The notes under the pieces were generated by a model that saw only the letters and a list, made by a program, of their open reading frames with translations, did no database searches and was not told the origin of the DNA. Below are positions 56,121 to 64,000 of a stretch of DNA of 64,000 nucleotides, piece after piece. Both the position numbers and the translations under genes were made by a program. Every line of letters starts with the position of its first letter. Position 1 is the first letter of the stretch. Location of the stretch: NCBI GenBank assembly GCA_018238625.1, contig JABCSY010000003.1, forward strand, positions 1,764-65,763. Reading direction: 5' to 3'. Source of the stretch: Promethearchaeota archaeon. GTDB lineage: Archaea; Asgardarchaeota; Lokiarchaeia; Sigyniarchaeales; SOKP01.

Positions 56121-56984
56121 TTAGACTTTAATCTCTTTGAATAAATCATTCATGAATAAACGAATTTGCTTGTTAGAAGAGGGATCGTTATTAAAATTGG
56201 AATACAAGTAATTACCCAAATAATTTTTTATTTGAAATTCAAAATCTTCAAATTTAATAAACTCGTACCCTTCTTCAAGTTGTTTTTTGTTAATTAAAGG
56301 CTTTATATGTTTTCTAATCAAGAATAAAACGAAATCAACGAGAATATTATCTATATTTTCCTCATCATCATCCGAGAGTTCGTAGTCTCCTTTGACAATT
56401 CCGTCTTTGATGTTATTTAATTGTATTAATGAAATTTCGATGTCTTTTGGAAGTTTTAACCTTTGTATTTTATTCGACACATTTTTATCGTTTCCCATTC
56501 CTGACAGGGAAAAATAATTCTCTAAATTGGCAAAAAAGCGCACAAGAAACTTAAAATTGTCGTCAATGGCGTATAAACTTTCCCAGACTTCGAAATTTAA
56601 ATTTTTTAACTCTGTCTCGATCTTGCTTTTAATTTTCCCAGTTATTTCTTTTAGGTGTTGTGAATAATCTCCGTAAGGGAATCCAAAGTAAAAACTGTTG
56701 TATTTTTCTCTTACTTCTTTTGATTCTTTATTTTTAGAAACAATCTTTTCTTTTCTTACAATTTCTTTTACAAATTTTAAAATGTAATTACATGAAGGGC
56801 AATACGTTATCCATGTACTTAAAATAACTTCTGGGGGTTTTACAGTTCTAGAACTTATATATCCATTAAAGCCTGATAATTTCTTTCCATCGTGTGTAGA
56901 AAAAATAGATTCTTCAGGGTAAAATGTTCTGGGAATAAACTTAATCCCGCATACGGGGCAATTAATCATTTGTTTTTCGTTCAT
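56121..56984 (-). CDS. Hypothetical protein with N-terminal zinc ribbon
   Basis: CPVCGIKF...CPSCNY followed by a helical domain. 287 aa. Confidence 0.45.
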   Translation of the reverse strand: MNEKQMINCPVCGIKFIPRTFYPEESIFSTHDGKKLSGFNGYISSRTVKPPEVILSTWITYCPSCNYILKFVKEIVRKEKIVSKNKESKEVREKYNSFYFGFPYGDYSQHLKEITGKIKSKIETELKNLNFEVWESLYAIDDNFKFLVRFFANLENYFSLSGMGNDKNVSNKIQRLKLPKDIEISLIQLNNIKDGIVKGDYELSDDDEENIDNILVDFVLFLIRKHIKPLINKKQLEEGYEFIKFEDFEFQIKNYLGNYLYSNFNNDPSSNKQIRLFMNDLFKEIKV

Positions 56985-57246
56985 AATTCATTTGGTGGCG
57001 TTAATTATTCTTTTAAATTAAATAATCAAAAATTCATTTCAATTGAAATAACAAGATTCTTGAAATTGTTTAAAACAAAATTATTTTTTCTCTTAATCCG
57101 ATAAATTTTGAAATTTACATTCTTATTTGTAAGAAGAGTGTTGGTATTGATTATATATATGTGAGTGATATTAGGATATCTCTGCATTTTATATGTCTAA
57201 TAGAAAGCGCCTAATGCTATTACTTTAAGTTTAAAAGAAGTTAAAT

Positions 57247-57906
57247 TTAAATTAATGGTGGATTGAAAATTATATTAAAAGCTAAATAAATACCAAAAAT
57301 GATCATGAAGGCACCACAAACGATTAAAATATATTTATAAACTTTAGGATTTAAAGATTTCCCTCCATAATAGACGAAGGTAGAGATAGGCAGATACCAA
57401 ATCATATCTCCTAACTCGTGACCCATAAAAAACAATAAAATGCCAAGTGGATTTGCAAAGGAGATGTTGAAACTTACCATAAATCCCAAGCCGATAACTG
57501 CCCACCAAAAGGTCCAAAATGGGTTTGATAAGCTAACGACGATTCCTCCAACAAAACTATTCCCTTTAAAGCCCTTTACATTGTCATTCTCGAATGAGAA
57601 ACTCGCATCAAAATTAGTTTTTGTTACATCTCTTATAACAACTACTCCGAAAATTACTAAGAATAATCCCCCAATAGTCCCTACTAACGTTAGAAAAACG
57701 ATATTTTGAAAAAAGAAGGATGATCCAGCAAGTAAAGCAATGATTAGCACGAATTCGATTGTAGCGTGGCCCAAAATGATATAAATGCCCGCTAAATAAC
57801 CCCTTTTTTGCTTAAGCGATCTATAAATAGTAAACGTCAAAAGGGGTCCTGGAGATAGGGCTCCAGTTAACGCGATTAAGAACGAAAAGACGAGAATTTC
57901 TATCAT
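57247..57906 (-). CDS. LysE/RhtB-family amino-acid exporter
   Basis: LIALTGALSPGPLLTFTI N-terminal LysE motif, 6 TM. The start is moved to the ATG at 57906 to remove the overlap with the upstream ORF. Confidence 0.65.
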   Translation of the reverse strand: MIEILVFSFLIALTGALSPGPLLTFTIYRSLKQKRGYLAGIYIILGHATIEFVLIIALLAGSSFFFQNIVFLTLVGTIGGLFLVIFGVVVIRDVTKTNFDASFSFENDNVKGFKGNSFVGGIVVSLSNPFWTFWWAVIGLGFMVSFNISFANPLGILLFFMGHELGDMIWYLPISTFVYYGGKSLNPKVYKYILIVCGAFMIIFGIYLAFNIIFNPPLI

Positions 57907-57931
57907 ATTTATGGATAAATCAATATTCAAT

Positions 57932-58516
57932 TTATTTCGGCAAGAATTGAGTGAGGTAATACATAATAATGACGAAGACAACCAAGATAGGTAGCATGAA
58001 AATTAAAAACATGTAAGAACCCTTAATCATCTCTCTTCGAAATGATTTTAGCCCTTTTTCCCAATCTCTTTTCGTTTGCTTTTGCCAACTTTTTATATCT
58101 TGGTTAATTTTCTGTTTTCTCGCTTCCCATTGTTCCTTATTCTCGATTTGTCTTTTCTCTAAGTCATTAGTCCATTCTTTTAATTTATTATCCCAAGTTT
58201 CTTGAGTATTTTTGAAATATGTGTTAATTTTTCCTAAGTTGTTATTCCACAATTCTTTGTTGTCTTTGTGAGTATTTTTGAATTCTGTGCCCCAGTCTTT
58301 TAATGTAACATCCCAGTTTTCCTTGGTATCTTTAAGGAATTTATTAATCTTTTCTTGATTTTGATTCCATGACTCAGTATTTTTTTTAGTGGTTTCTTCA
58401 ATACTTTTTTGGAATTTATTGTATCCATCTGTAATGCTAGAAACAAAATCGTTCCAGCCCTTAAATAGCAAGTTCTCTATTGGCTTGGTTTCGTCAATAT
58501 TTTCTTTTTCAGACAT
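57932..58516 (-). CDS. Tail-anchored protein with Trp-periodic Lys/Glu/Asn repeats
   Basis: Three units of about 40 aa (ESWNQNQEKINKFLKDTKENWDVTLKDW.. / ELWNNNLGKINTYFKNTQETWDNKLKEW.. / EQWEARKQKINQDIKSWQKQTKRDW..), then a single C-terminal TM. Confidence 0.45.
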   Translation of the reverse strand: MSEKENIDETKPIENLLFKGWNDFVSSITDGYNKFQKSIEETTKKNTESWNQNQEKINKFLKDTKENWDVTLKDWGTEFKNTHKDNKELWNNNLGKINTYFKNTQETWDNKLKEWTNDLEKRQIENKEQWEARKQKINQDIKSWQKQTKRDWEKGLKSFRREMIKGSYMFLIFMLPILVVFVIIMYYLTQFLPK

Positions 58517-58625
58517 TTTTTATTAATATTCCTCAAAACTTTTTTCTTTATTTATATGAGGTTATATATCTTTTTTATATTTAAATCTAGTATTAAGGTT
58601 TTTAATTTCCTATTAAATTCAGTTA

Positions 58626-58994
58626 TTATAAAAATAAAATGAATGGAGATAAAAACCAACCTATTATGAATACTGCACCTAATAATATAAAATAAAACAA
58701 GATAAATATGCTAAATATAAACCAACTAGAAAATCTAAGAGAAGTTATAAAATCTAACTCATAAAACTTTGATATTAAAAATGCACCTATAATTGAACTC
58801 ATGAAATATGAAATTATCCATTCAAAAGGAAATATCACAAAATATTCCATAAGAACAAAAATAATAAGTATGACAAAAATAATTGGAAAAGAATAAAAAA
58901 AGGGTTTATTTATTCCTTTTTTCTTAGCCCAAAACATCAGCAATATTGACCCCATCAAGAAAAAAATAATAAATCCAATTATTGTGGAAATCAT
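58626..58994 (-). CDS. Small integral membrane protein
   Basis: 122 aa, 4 hydrophobic segments. Confidence 0.45.
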   Translation of the reverse strand: MISTIIGFIIFFLMGSILLMFWAKKKGINKPFFYSFPIIFVILIIFVLMEYFVIFPFEWIISYFMSSIIGAFLISKFYELDFITSLRFSSWFIFSIFILFYFILLGAVFIIGWFLSPFILFL

Positions 58995-59119
58995 ATAATA
59001 TCACTAAATAGTGTAAATATGCTAGCACTATTTAATTATATTGAAAAAATTTATGTCATTATAAAAATAGTAAGAAGGGTTTAAAACTTTTATTCCATGA
59101 AGAATTACATTTGATAATT

Positions 59120-60499
59120 ATGGAATTTGATATTATTAAAAAAACTCCTTTCTATAAAGCTTTATCGGAGCTAGGAAAACGCATTTATTTGCCTCAAGGC
59201 GTTTTTTATTGGGCTGGAAGAGCCAAAAAGGAAGCAGAAATAATGGGTACGCTTGGGTCTGCTTTCGGTTACGAAAAAGATTTTATTGAAGGAGGTACTT
59301 CTGAATGGCTTCCTTGTTATTTAGAAGATATTAAGAATTATACCAAATTTAATATAAATGAAATCGTACCATATCCTAAAATCTCTGGGCTTGAAGATCT
59401 AAAAACAATCTGGAAGAATTGGATCATTGAAAAATCGCTTATCAATAAAGATGTAGAAAAAGAAAAGTTAAATAAACTTGAAAGTTATATTTCAACGCCA
59501 GTGATAACATCTGGTTTAACAAATGGAATATTTTTGTGCTGTAGTTTGCTCCTGAATTCAGGAGATTACGTTATTTCTGCAAACAAAAGATGGGGAAACT
59601 ACGATAACATTATAGAGAAATTACTTGGTGCAAAAATTAAATCTTTTGATTTTTTTATTAAGGGTAAATTTAACGCTCAAGGATTAAAAGACGCTATTTA
59701 CGAAGTTTCAAAAATCCAAGAAAAAATCGTTCTTATTTTAGGTTTTCCTAACAACCCTACGGGATATGTTCCCCAAAAGAAAGAGCTTGAGGAAATTATT
59801 AATGTTTTAAGGCTAGCTCAAAAAGATATTTCTAAACCTATTATTGTACTTATCGACGATGCTTACGAGCCATACATCTATTCTGATAACGTTATAAATC
59901 GCTCAATTTTTTACGACTTACACGATTTAGAAGAGGATATAATCCCGATTAAAATAGATGGAATAACTAAGGAATTTCTAATGTATGGCGGACGCATTGG
60001 GTTCGTTACAATTGGATTAAAGCCAAGCTGGGTTAGCAACGAAGAAGATCTACGTATTTTAAAAACAGAGATTAATAACAAATTATCTGGTTTAATTAGA
60101 ACTACGATTTCAAATTCTAATCATTTTTATCAAAGCTTAATTATAAAACTCTTTACGGATGTAGGAACGGATGGTTTAATTGAAAAAAGAGATAAAGTAA
60201 AGGCTCTCCTTAAAGCGAGATACGAAAAAATTAATGCGGAACTTAGAAAAATAAAAAGCTCTGATATTTCAGTAGATCCAAACGCAGGAGGTTTCTTTGT
60301 TTTTGTAAATCTAAACCCTAAAAAATTTAGCGCAAACGATTTTGCTGATCACCTTTTAAAAAAATATAAAGTAGGTGTCATTCCCATAGAAAAACCAAAT
60401 GATAACATTAATGGAATTCGAATTGCATATTGCTCTATTGATCTTACACAGATTACTGAATTCGTTAACCGAATTAGCCTTGCACTCGTAGATTATTAA
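59120..60499 (+). CDS. Class I/II PLP-dependent aminotransferase
   Basis: LGFPNNPTGYVP, IDDAYEPY, GITKEFLMYGGRIGF (PLP-Lys region). The ATG at 59120 is preferred over the TTG at 59111. Confidence 0.7.
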   Translation: MEFDIIKKTPFYKALSELGKRIYLPQGVFYWAGRAKKEAEIMGTLGSAFGYEKDFIEGGTSEWLPCYLEDIKNYTKFNINEIVPYPKISGLEDLKTIWKNWIIEKSLINKDVEKEKLNKLESYISTPVITSGLTNGIFLCCSLLLNSGDYVISANKRWGNYDNIIEKLLGAKIKSFDFFIKGKFNAQGLKDAIYEVSKIQEKIVLILGFPNNPTGYVPQKKELEEIINVLRLAQKDISKPIIVLIDDAYEPYIYSDNVINRSIFYDLHDLEEDIIPIKIDGITKEFLMYGGRIGFVTIGLKPSWVSNEEDLRILKTEINNKLSGLIRTTISNSNHFYQSLIIKLFTDVGTDGLIEKRDKVKALLKARYEKINAELRKIKSSDISVDPNAGGFFVFVNLNPKKFSANDFADHLLKKYKVGVIPIEKPNDNINGIRIAYCSIDLTQITEFVNRISLALVDY

Positions 60500-60604
60500 T
60501 CGAACTCGGATGTTTTTTACATATTATATCATTTGACTTAGTTATTTTTTCCAAGTAATTAAAAAGACTGAATTTATAATTTTTATAATAAAAAAAAATT
60601 CTAC

Positions 60605-61636
60605 TTGAGGAGTATTTTATTGAAATTATATTTAGTCGATCAAGGTAATTTAAAAGAAATTAAGAAACCAGTTTTTAGTATCGGAGACACATACATCGTG
60701 GACGACGATAAAACAATTTACGTGTGGATAGGAAGTAAATGTAGCGTAGATGAAAAGACAGCTGGGGCAGCACAAGCTCGAACTTTGGACCAACAACGGG
60801 GTGGAGCAGCAAAAATAATAACTGTTGATCAAAATCAAGAAACATCTGATTTCATGAAATCAATTAATACTATGGGCGCTATGAAGGTTGTTGAGAAGAA
60901 TTACGCAAAAACTCTTCTCAAAGATGTATCTACGGGGGATTTTGCGGGATTCACAGAGTGGAAGAATGTTCTATATCGCGTTTCAGCCGAAGAGTTTGAT
61001 GGAATTAACACTATGAAAATGATTCAAGTCCCATTCGCTAAGGATTCTTTAGAGTCAGAAGATTGTTTTATTGCCGATTTAGGTAATAAAGTTTATATCT
61101 GGCAAGGAAGTACGTGCAACGTAAAAGAAAAAGTTAAGGCGGGTCAATGGGCTAGACACATTGATGCTGAGAGAGCTGGTGCCCAAAACGAGAAGATTTT
61201 TGAAGAAGGGGACGATGGCGAATTTCTCGCAGCGATAGGTAGAGGAGTGGATTATAAAGAATCGGACGCCGTCCAATTTAGAGCTGAATCAGTGTTAGAA
61301 CCCGAAACAGATGCCGACAGAGCCGCAGCAGAAATTCAACCTGAACTCAAATCAGAAGTTAAAGATGTCACTCCTGACGACATAAAAGCAGAGATTGCCC
61401 ATATTAAAGCCCAAAGTGCTTCTAGCGCCAGTCCGGGAATCCCAGGACGAAGTGACGATTCTCTTTTAACCGTTGAAAAACCTGAAGGACGCAGAAGATG
61501 CCCAAAATGTAACACCGAAAATAAGATGATGCTTCACGAAACCGTTGATAAAAGCAACATAATTCTTGACTACCCGCGAGTTTACGGTAAGAAATATAAA
61601 TGTGGCCAATGTGGACAAGAGTGGCGTGAAAAATAA
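60605..61636 (+). CDS. Two-domain gelsolin-family protein with C-terminal zinc ribbon
   Basis: Domain 1: FSIGDTYIVDDDKTIYVWIGSKCSVDEKTAGAAQARTLD. Domain 2: LESEDCFIADLGNKVYIWQGSTCNVKEKVKAGQWARHID. Acidic/Ala-rich linker. CPKCN...CGQCG. The start may be the TTG at 60620, after GAGGAG. Confidence 0.8.
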   Translation: MRSILLKLYLVDQGNLKEIKKPVFSIGDTYIVDDDKTIYVWIGSKCSVDEKTAGAAQARTLDQQRGGAAKIITVDQNQETSDFMKSINTMGAMKVVEKNYAKTLLKDVSTGDFAGFTEWKNVLYRVSAEEFDGINTMKMIQVPFAKDSLESEDCFIADLGNKVYIWQGSTCNVKEKVKAGQWARHIDAERAGAQNEKIFEEGDDGEFLAAIGRGVDYKESDAVQFRAESVLEPETDADRAAAEIQPELKSEVKDVTPDDIKAEIAHIKAQSASSASPGIPGRSDDSLLTVEKPEGRRRCPKCNTENKMMLHETVDKSNIILDYPRVYGKKYKCGQCGQEWREK

Positions 61637-61701
61637 GCTATTTGATTTATTTTTTTTATCTTTTTTTAATTTAATTTTACAAATTTATGAGTTTTAAAGG
61701 T

Positions 61702-62970
61702 TTAGGATTTTTTAATATCTCTACGCATAACTTTAATTTTTTTCTTTAATTCAATTATTTCACTGTCTTTGGCTTCGTATTTGGATTCAAGCTTCAGTTT
61801 TTCGTCCTTAACTTTTTGCATTTCTGTTAGAATCCTGTCTTCGATTTGTTCCTGTTCGTACAACTTGTCTTTTGATTTTTTTCCATTTTCCCTCAAGTCT
61901 TTTATTTCGGCTATTTGTTCGTCAATAACATTTCTTAAATTTATTATTTCTAATTCGAGTTTCCCAACGCTGTTGCCAGATTTTTCTTGGGATTCTTCTA
62001 GCCTCGCTTGAATTTGATTGATAAATTCTTCATTGGTTATATTTTTTTGAGTTAATTTTTCAAGCTCTAACACTAAATTATTAATCCGTTCTTCTTTTTT
62101 CTCTACATCTTTTTTCACTAAACTGAAAGTTTCAAGCTTCTGTTGCATATCTTTTATCGATTGATTGAAAGATTGTTGCAAGCTTTCAAGTTTAAATATT
62201 TCTTTTTCTTTTTCAGTAATAATTTCGTCTTTTTTCTCTATTAATATCGTGACTTTTTCGAATTTCGATTTTTGAACGGTGTCATTTTCTAAATATTGGA
62301 GTTGTTCCGTCATCTCTTTAATTTTGTTGTCTTTTTCTTGTAGTCGTTCAACTAACCCTTTACTCGCCGATTCTTCGGACTTTAATTGCTCTAATTCTGA
62401 AGTAAGGTTTTGAATTTTCTGATTTTGATCGCTAATGTCATTGTTTAGCTCGTTGATCTTGCTAGTTTGATCTTGGATAGTTTGGTTTTTTTCTTTACTC
62501 GAGAAATCTAATTCTTGAACTTGTTGGTCTTTATCTCCTAACTGAGATTTTAACGCTTCAATTTCTTGTTCTTTGCTCTCGATTGAACTGCTTACCTCTG
62601 AATCCACTATTGTGGCTTCGTTTAATAGTTGAATTTTTGATTCGAGCTCACTTATAACTTCATCTTTTTGAACAACTATTTGAAGGACGTCTTCTATTGT
62701 AGAATTGGTTTCATTAGTCAATTGAAGGGCTTTTTCTTTTTCTTGAGAGAGGGTATCAGATGCAATCTGAAGACTTTCGTTTTCTTCTTTAAGCTTACTG
62801 ATTTCTTCGTTTAGTTGTTTATTCTGTTCTATAAAGAGATTCAACTGCTCTGTGAGTTTCTCTTCTTCGGAAAGTGGAGCTTCCTCTTCCAAATCTTTCT
62901 CTTCAATCCAGCCAAGTGAACTTAACGCGTCTACCATTGACGCATCTTCTTCTTTTTCTCTCTCTGCCAT
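61702..62970 (-). CDS. Long coiled-coil protein with acidic N-terminus
   Basis: 422 aa, almost entirely heptad-like Glu/Lys/Gln/Leu sequence. Confidence 0.5.
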   Translation of the reverse strand: MAEREKEEDASMVDALSSLGWIEEKDLEEEAPLSEEEKLTEQLNLFIEQNKQLNEEISKLKEENESLQIASDTLSQEKEKALQLTNETNSTIEDVLQIVVQKDEVISELESKIQLLNEATIVDSEVSSSIESKEQEIEALKSQLGDKDQQVQELDFSSKEKNQTIQDQTSKINELNNDISDQNQKIQNLTSELEQLKSEESASKGLVERLQEKDNKIKEMTEQLQYLENDTVQKSKFEKVTILIEKKDEIITEKEKEIFKLESLQQSFNQSIKDMQQKLETFSLVKKDVEKKEERINNLVLELEKLTQKNITNEEFINQIQARLEESQEKSGNSVGKLELEIINLRNVIDEQIAEIKDLRENGKKSKDKLYEQEQIEDRILTEMQKVKDEKLKLESKYEAKDSEIIELKKKIKVMRRDIKKS

Positions 62971-63152
62971 AATATTATAAACAATTTTTGGTCTATTAAA
63001 TTTTTCTAGTTGTAATTAAAAATATAATCTTATTAAAATGAAAATCGTTAATCAGAATTAAACAAAACTATATTTACATTAACTTTAGGAAACCTAATTG
63101 TCTTAAATTTTTAACGTGAAATCAAAAAATCTGGATTAGCTTTTGACGCTTG

Positions 63153-63629
63153 TCAGTATTCTTTTGTGAAGACATATTTTTTGTCTAGAAAAAACTTTGT
63201 AATATAACCAATAGATAAAGCTATCACAAAAGAAATTTCTAAAGGTGCATTGAAAACATTGGTTAAGATAAATTGAATTCCTATGTTTAATATTGTTGTT
63301 AAGATCGCGAATCCAAAGTATTTAAAAAACTCTTGCGAAGTTTCCTTCATCTTTAAGCTTGATTTTTTGAAAACTATATATTTATCTAGAAAAAATTTAA
63401 TTATGTACGTAATCCCTACGGCTGCAATCGAGCCTATTAATTCATGCATATTAGGCGTATTAGAGCAATAAAACAACTGTAAAAACTCTATAGTTCCAAA
63501 ATTCCCACAGATAAAAGGTGCTATAACAATTTCGTTTGTCTTTTGAATAACATAGTTTAGCGCAATCATACAAGCGGCAAAAATAAAATAGAGTGCCATT
63601 TGCTTTTTGGCATTGTTTTGATCTTCCAT
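63153..63629 (-). CDS. GtrA-family membrane protein
   Basis: 4 TM with KFFLDKYIVFK / KFFLDKKYVF GtrA-like motifs. Confidence 0.65.
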   Translation of the reverse strand: MEDQNNAKKQMALYFIFAACMIALNYVIQKTNEIVIAPFICGNFGTIEFLQLFYCSNTPNMHELIGSIAAVGITYIIKFFLDKYIVFKKSSLKMKETSQEFFKYFGFAILTTILNIGIQFILTNVFNAPLEISFVIALSIGYITKFFLDKKYVFTKEY

Positions 63630-63684
63630 ATTTTAAATCAATCTAAAACTAGTAGAATATTCAAAATTTATTTTCTAATTTAGG

Positions 63685-64000
63685 TCATTTTTTAACGCGG
63701 TTTTTCCAAGAATCTTCTTGTTCATCGACAAATTCTCGTTCTTGAATTGGTTCGTTAACTTGTCTTGTCAACTGAATAAAGCTTTCGGAATCCTCTGATT
63801 TGGGTGATACTCTCCCTAATATTGATGGTTTTTTTCGTTTAACTTCTTTACCAGTCAATTTTTTATACAATCTCTTAATCCCATAAAGAATTAAGCTAAA
63901 TGTTATTGAGAACAAAAAGTATACTGCAAACCATCCACTTCCAAAAATTAAGATTGGAAACGGAAGAAGTCCTGCCTCATAACCCGCATATACTGTTCCA
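63685..64000 (-). CDS. C-terminal part of a membrane protein (5' end beyond the window)
   Basis: The frame of track ORF 63685-63915 stays open to position 64000 (..GTVYAGYEAGLLPFPILIFGSGWFAVYFLFSITF..). Confidence 0.45.
   Translation of the reverse strand, partial: GTVYAGYEAGLLPFPILIFGSGWFAVYFLFSITFSLILYGIKRLYKKLTGKEVKRKKPSILGRVSPKSEDSESFIQLTRQVNEPIQEREFVDEQEDSWKNRVKK

Noticed and set aside
45340-63471. More nested antisense or alternate-frame ORFs: 45340-45522, 48033-48230, 51390-51629, 56892-57104, 57440-57709, 60650-60838, 61079-61276, 61769-62011 and 63283-63471.
   Set aside because: Same reasoning. They overlap better-supported genes and show no motifs.

Overview
All calls below come from reading the sequence and the ORF track. 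No homology, HMM or RNA-folding search was run.

This is an AT-rich (about 30% GC by eye), densely coding archaeal chromosomal segment with roughly 65 genes on both strands. No rRNA, CRISPR array, transposase or integrase is visible.

The gene content points to an Asgard (Loki-like) archaeon:
- a two-domain gelsolin
- a RING/PHD-type zinc-finger protein
- a GPN-loop GTPase, a NOG1-type GTPase and ribosomal protein eS30
- a histone-fold gene
- a eukaryote-type (type II) pantothenate kinase
- many TPR, HEAT and coiled-coil proteins

Housekeeping genes include ilvC, an isopropylmalate/homocitrate-synthase family enzyme, asd, a proteasome beta subunit, a SlyD-type FKBP, a TrmO-like methyltransferase, 6-phospho-3-hexuloisomerase and an aminotransferase.

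The main features the ORF track does not explain:
1. Two tandem selenophosphate synthetase (SelD) paralogs each carry an in-frame UGA (Sec) at the catalytic position. Each is followed by a conserved 3'-UTR stem-loop with a kink-turn-like UGA/UGA core, a candidate SECIS.
2. A histone-fold gene sits on the minus strand at 51714-51961, hidden under a spurious plus-strand ORF and interrupted by an apparent 1-nt frameshift.
3. The proteasome beta subunit has Ala in place of the catalytic Thr1. It lies directly upstream of a 678-aa protein ending in a C4HC3 RING-like finger.
4. Two small gene cassettes are bracketed by direct repeats: a vapBC module, and a membrane-protein gene inserted at the duplicated 3' end of the RING gene.
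5. A 790-aa GIY-YIG nuclease protein carries repeated HTH-like modules and an overlapping upstream partner ORF.
6. A tRNA-Trp(CCA) has a roughly 30-nt insertion in the D-arm.
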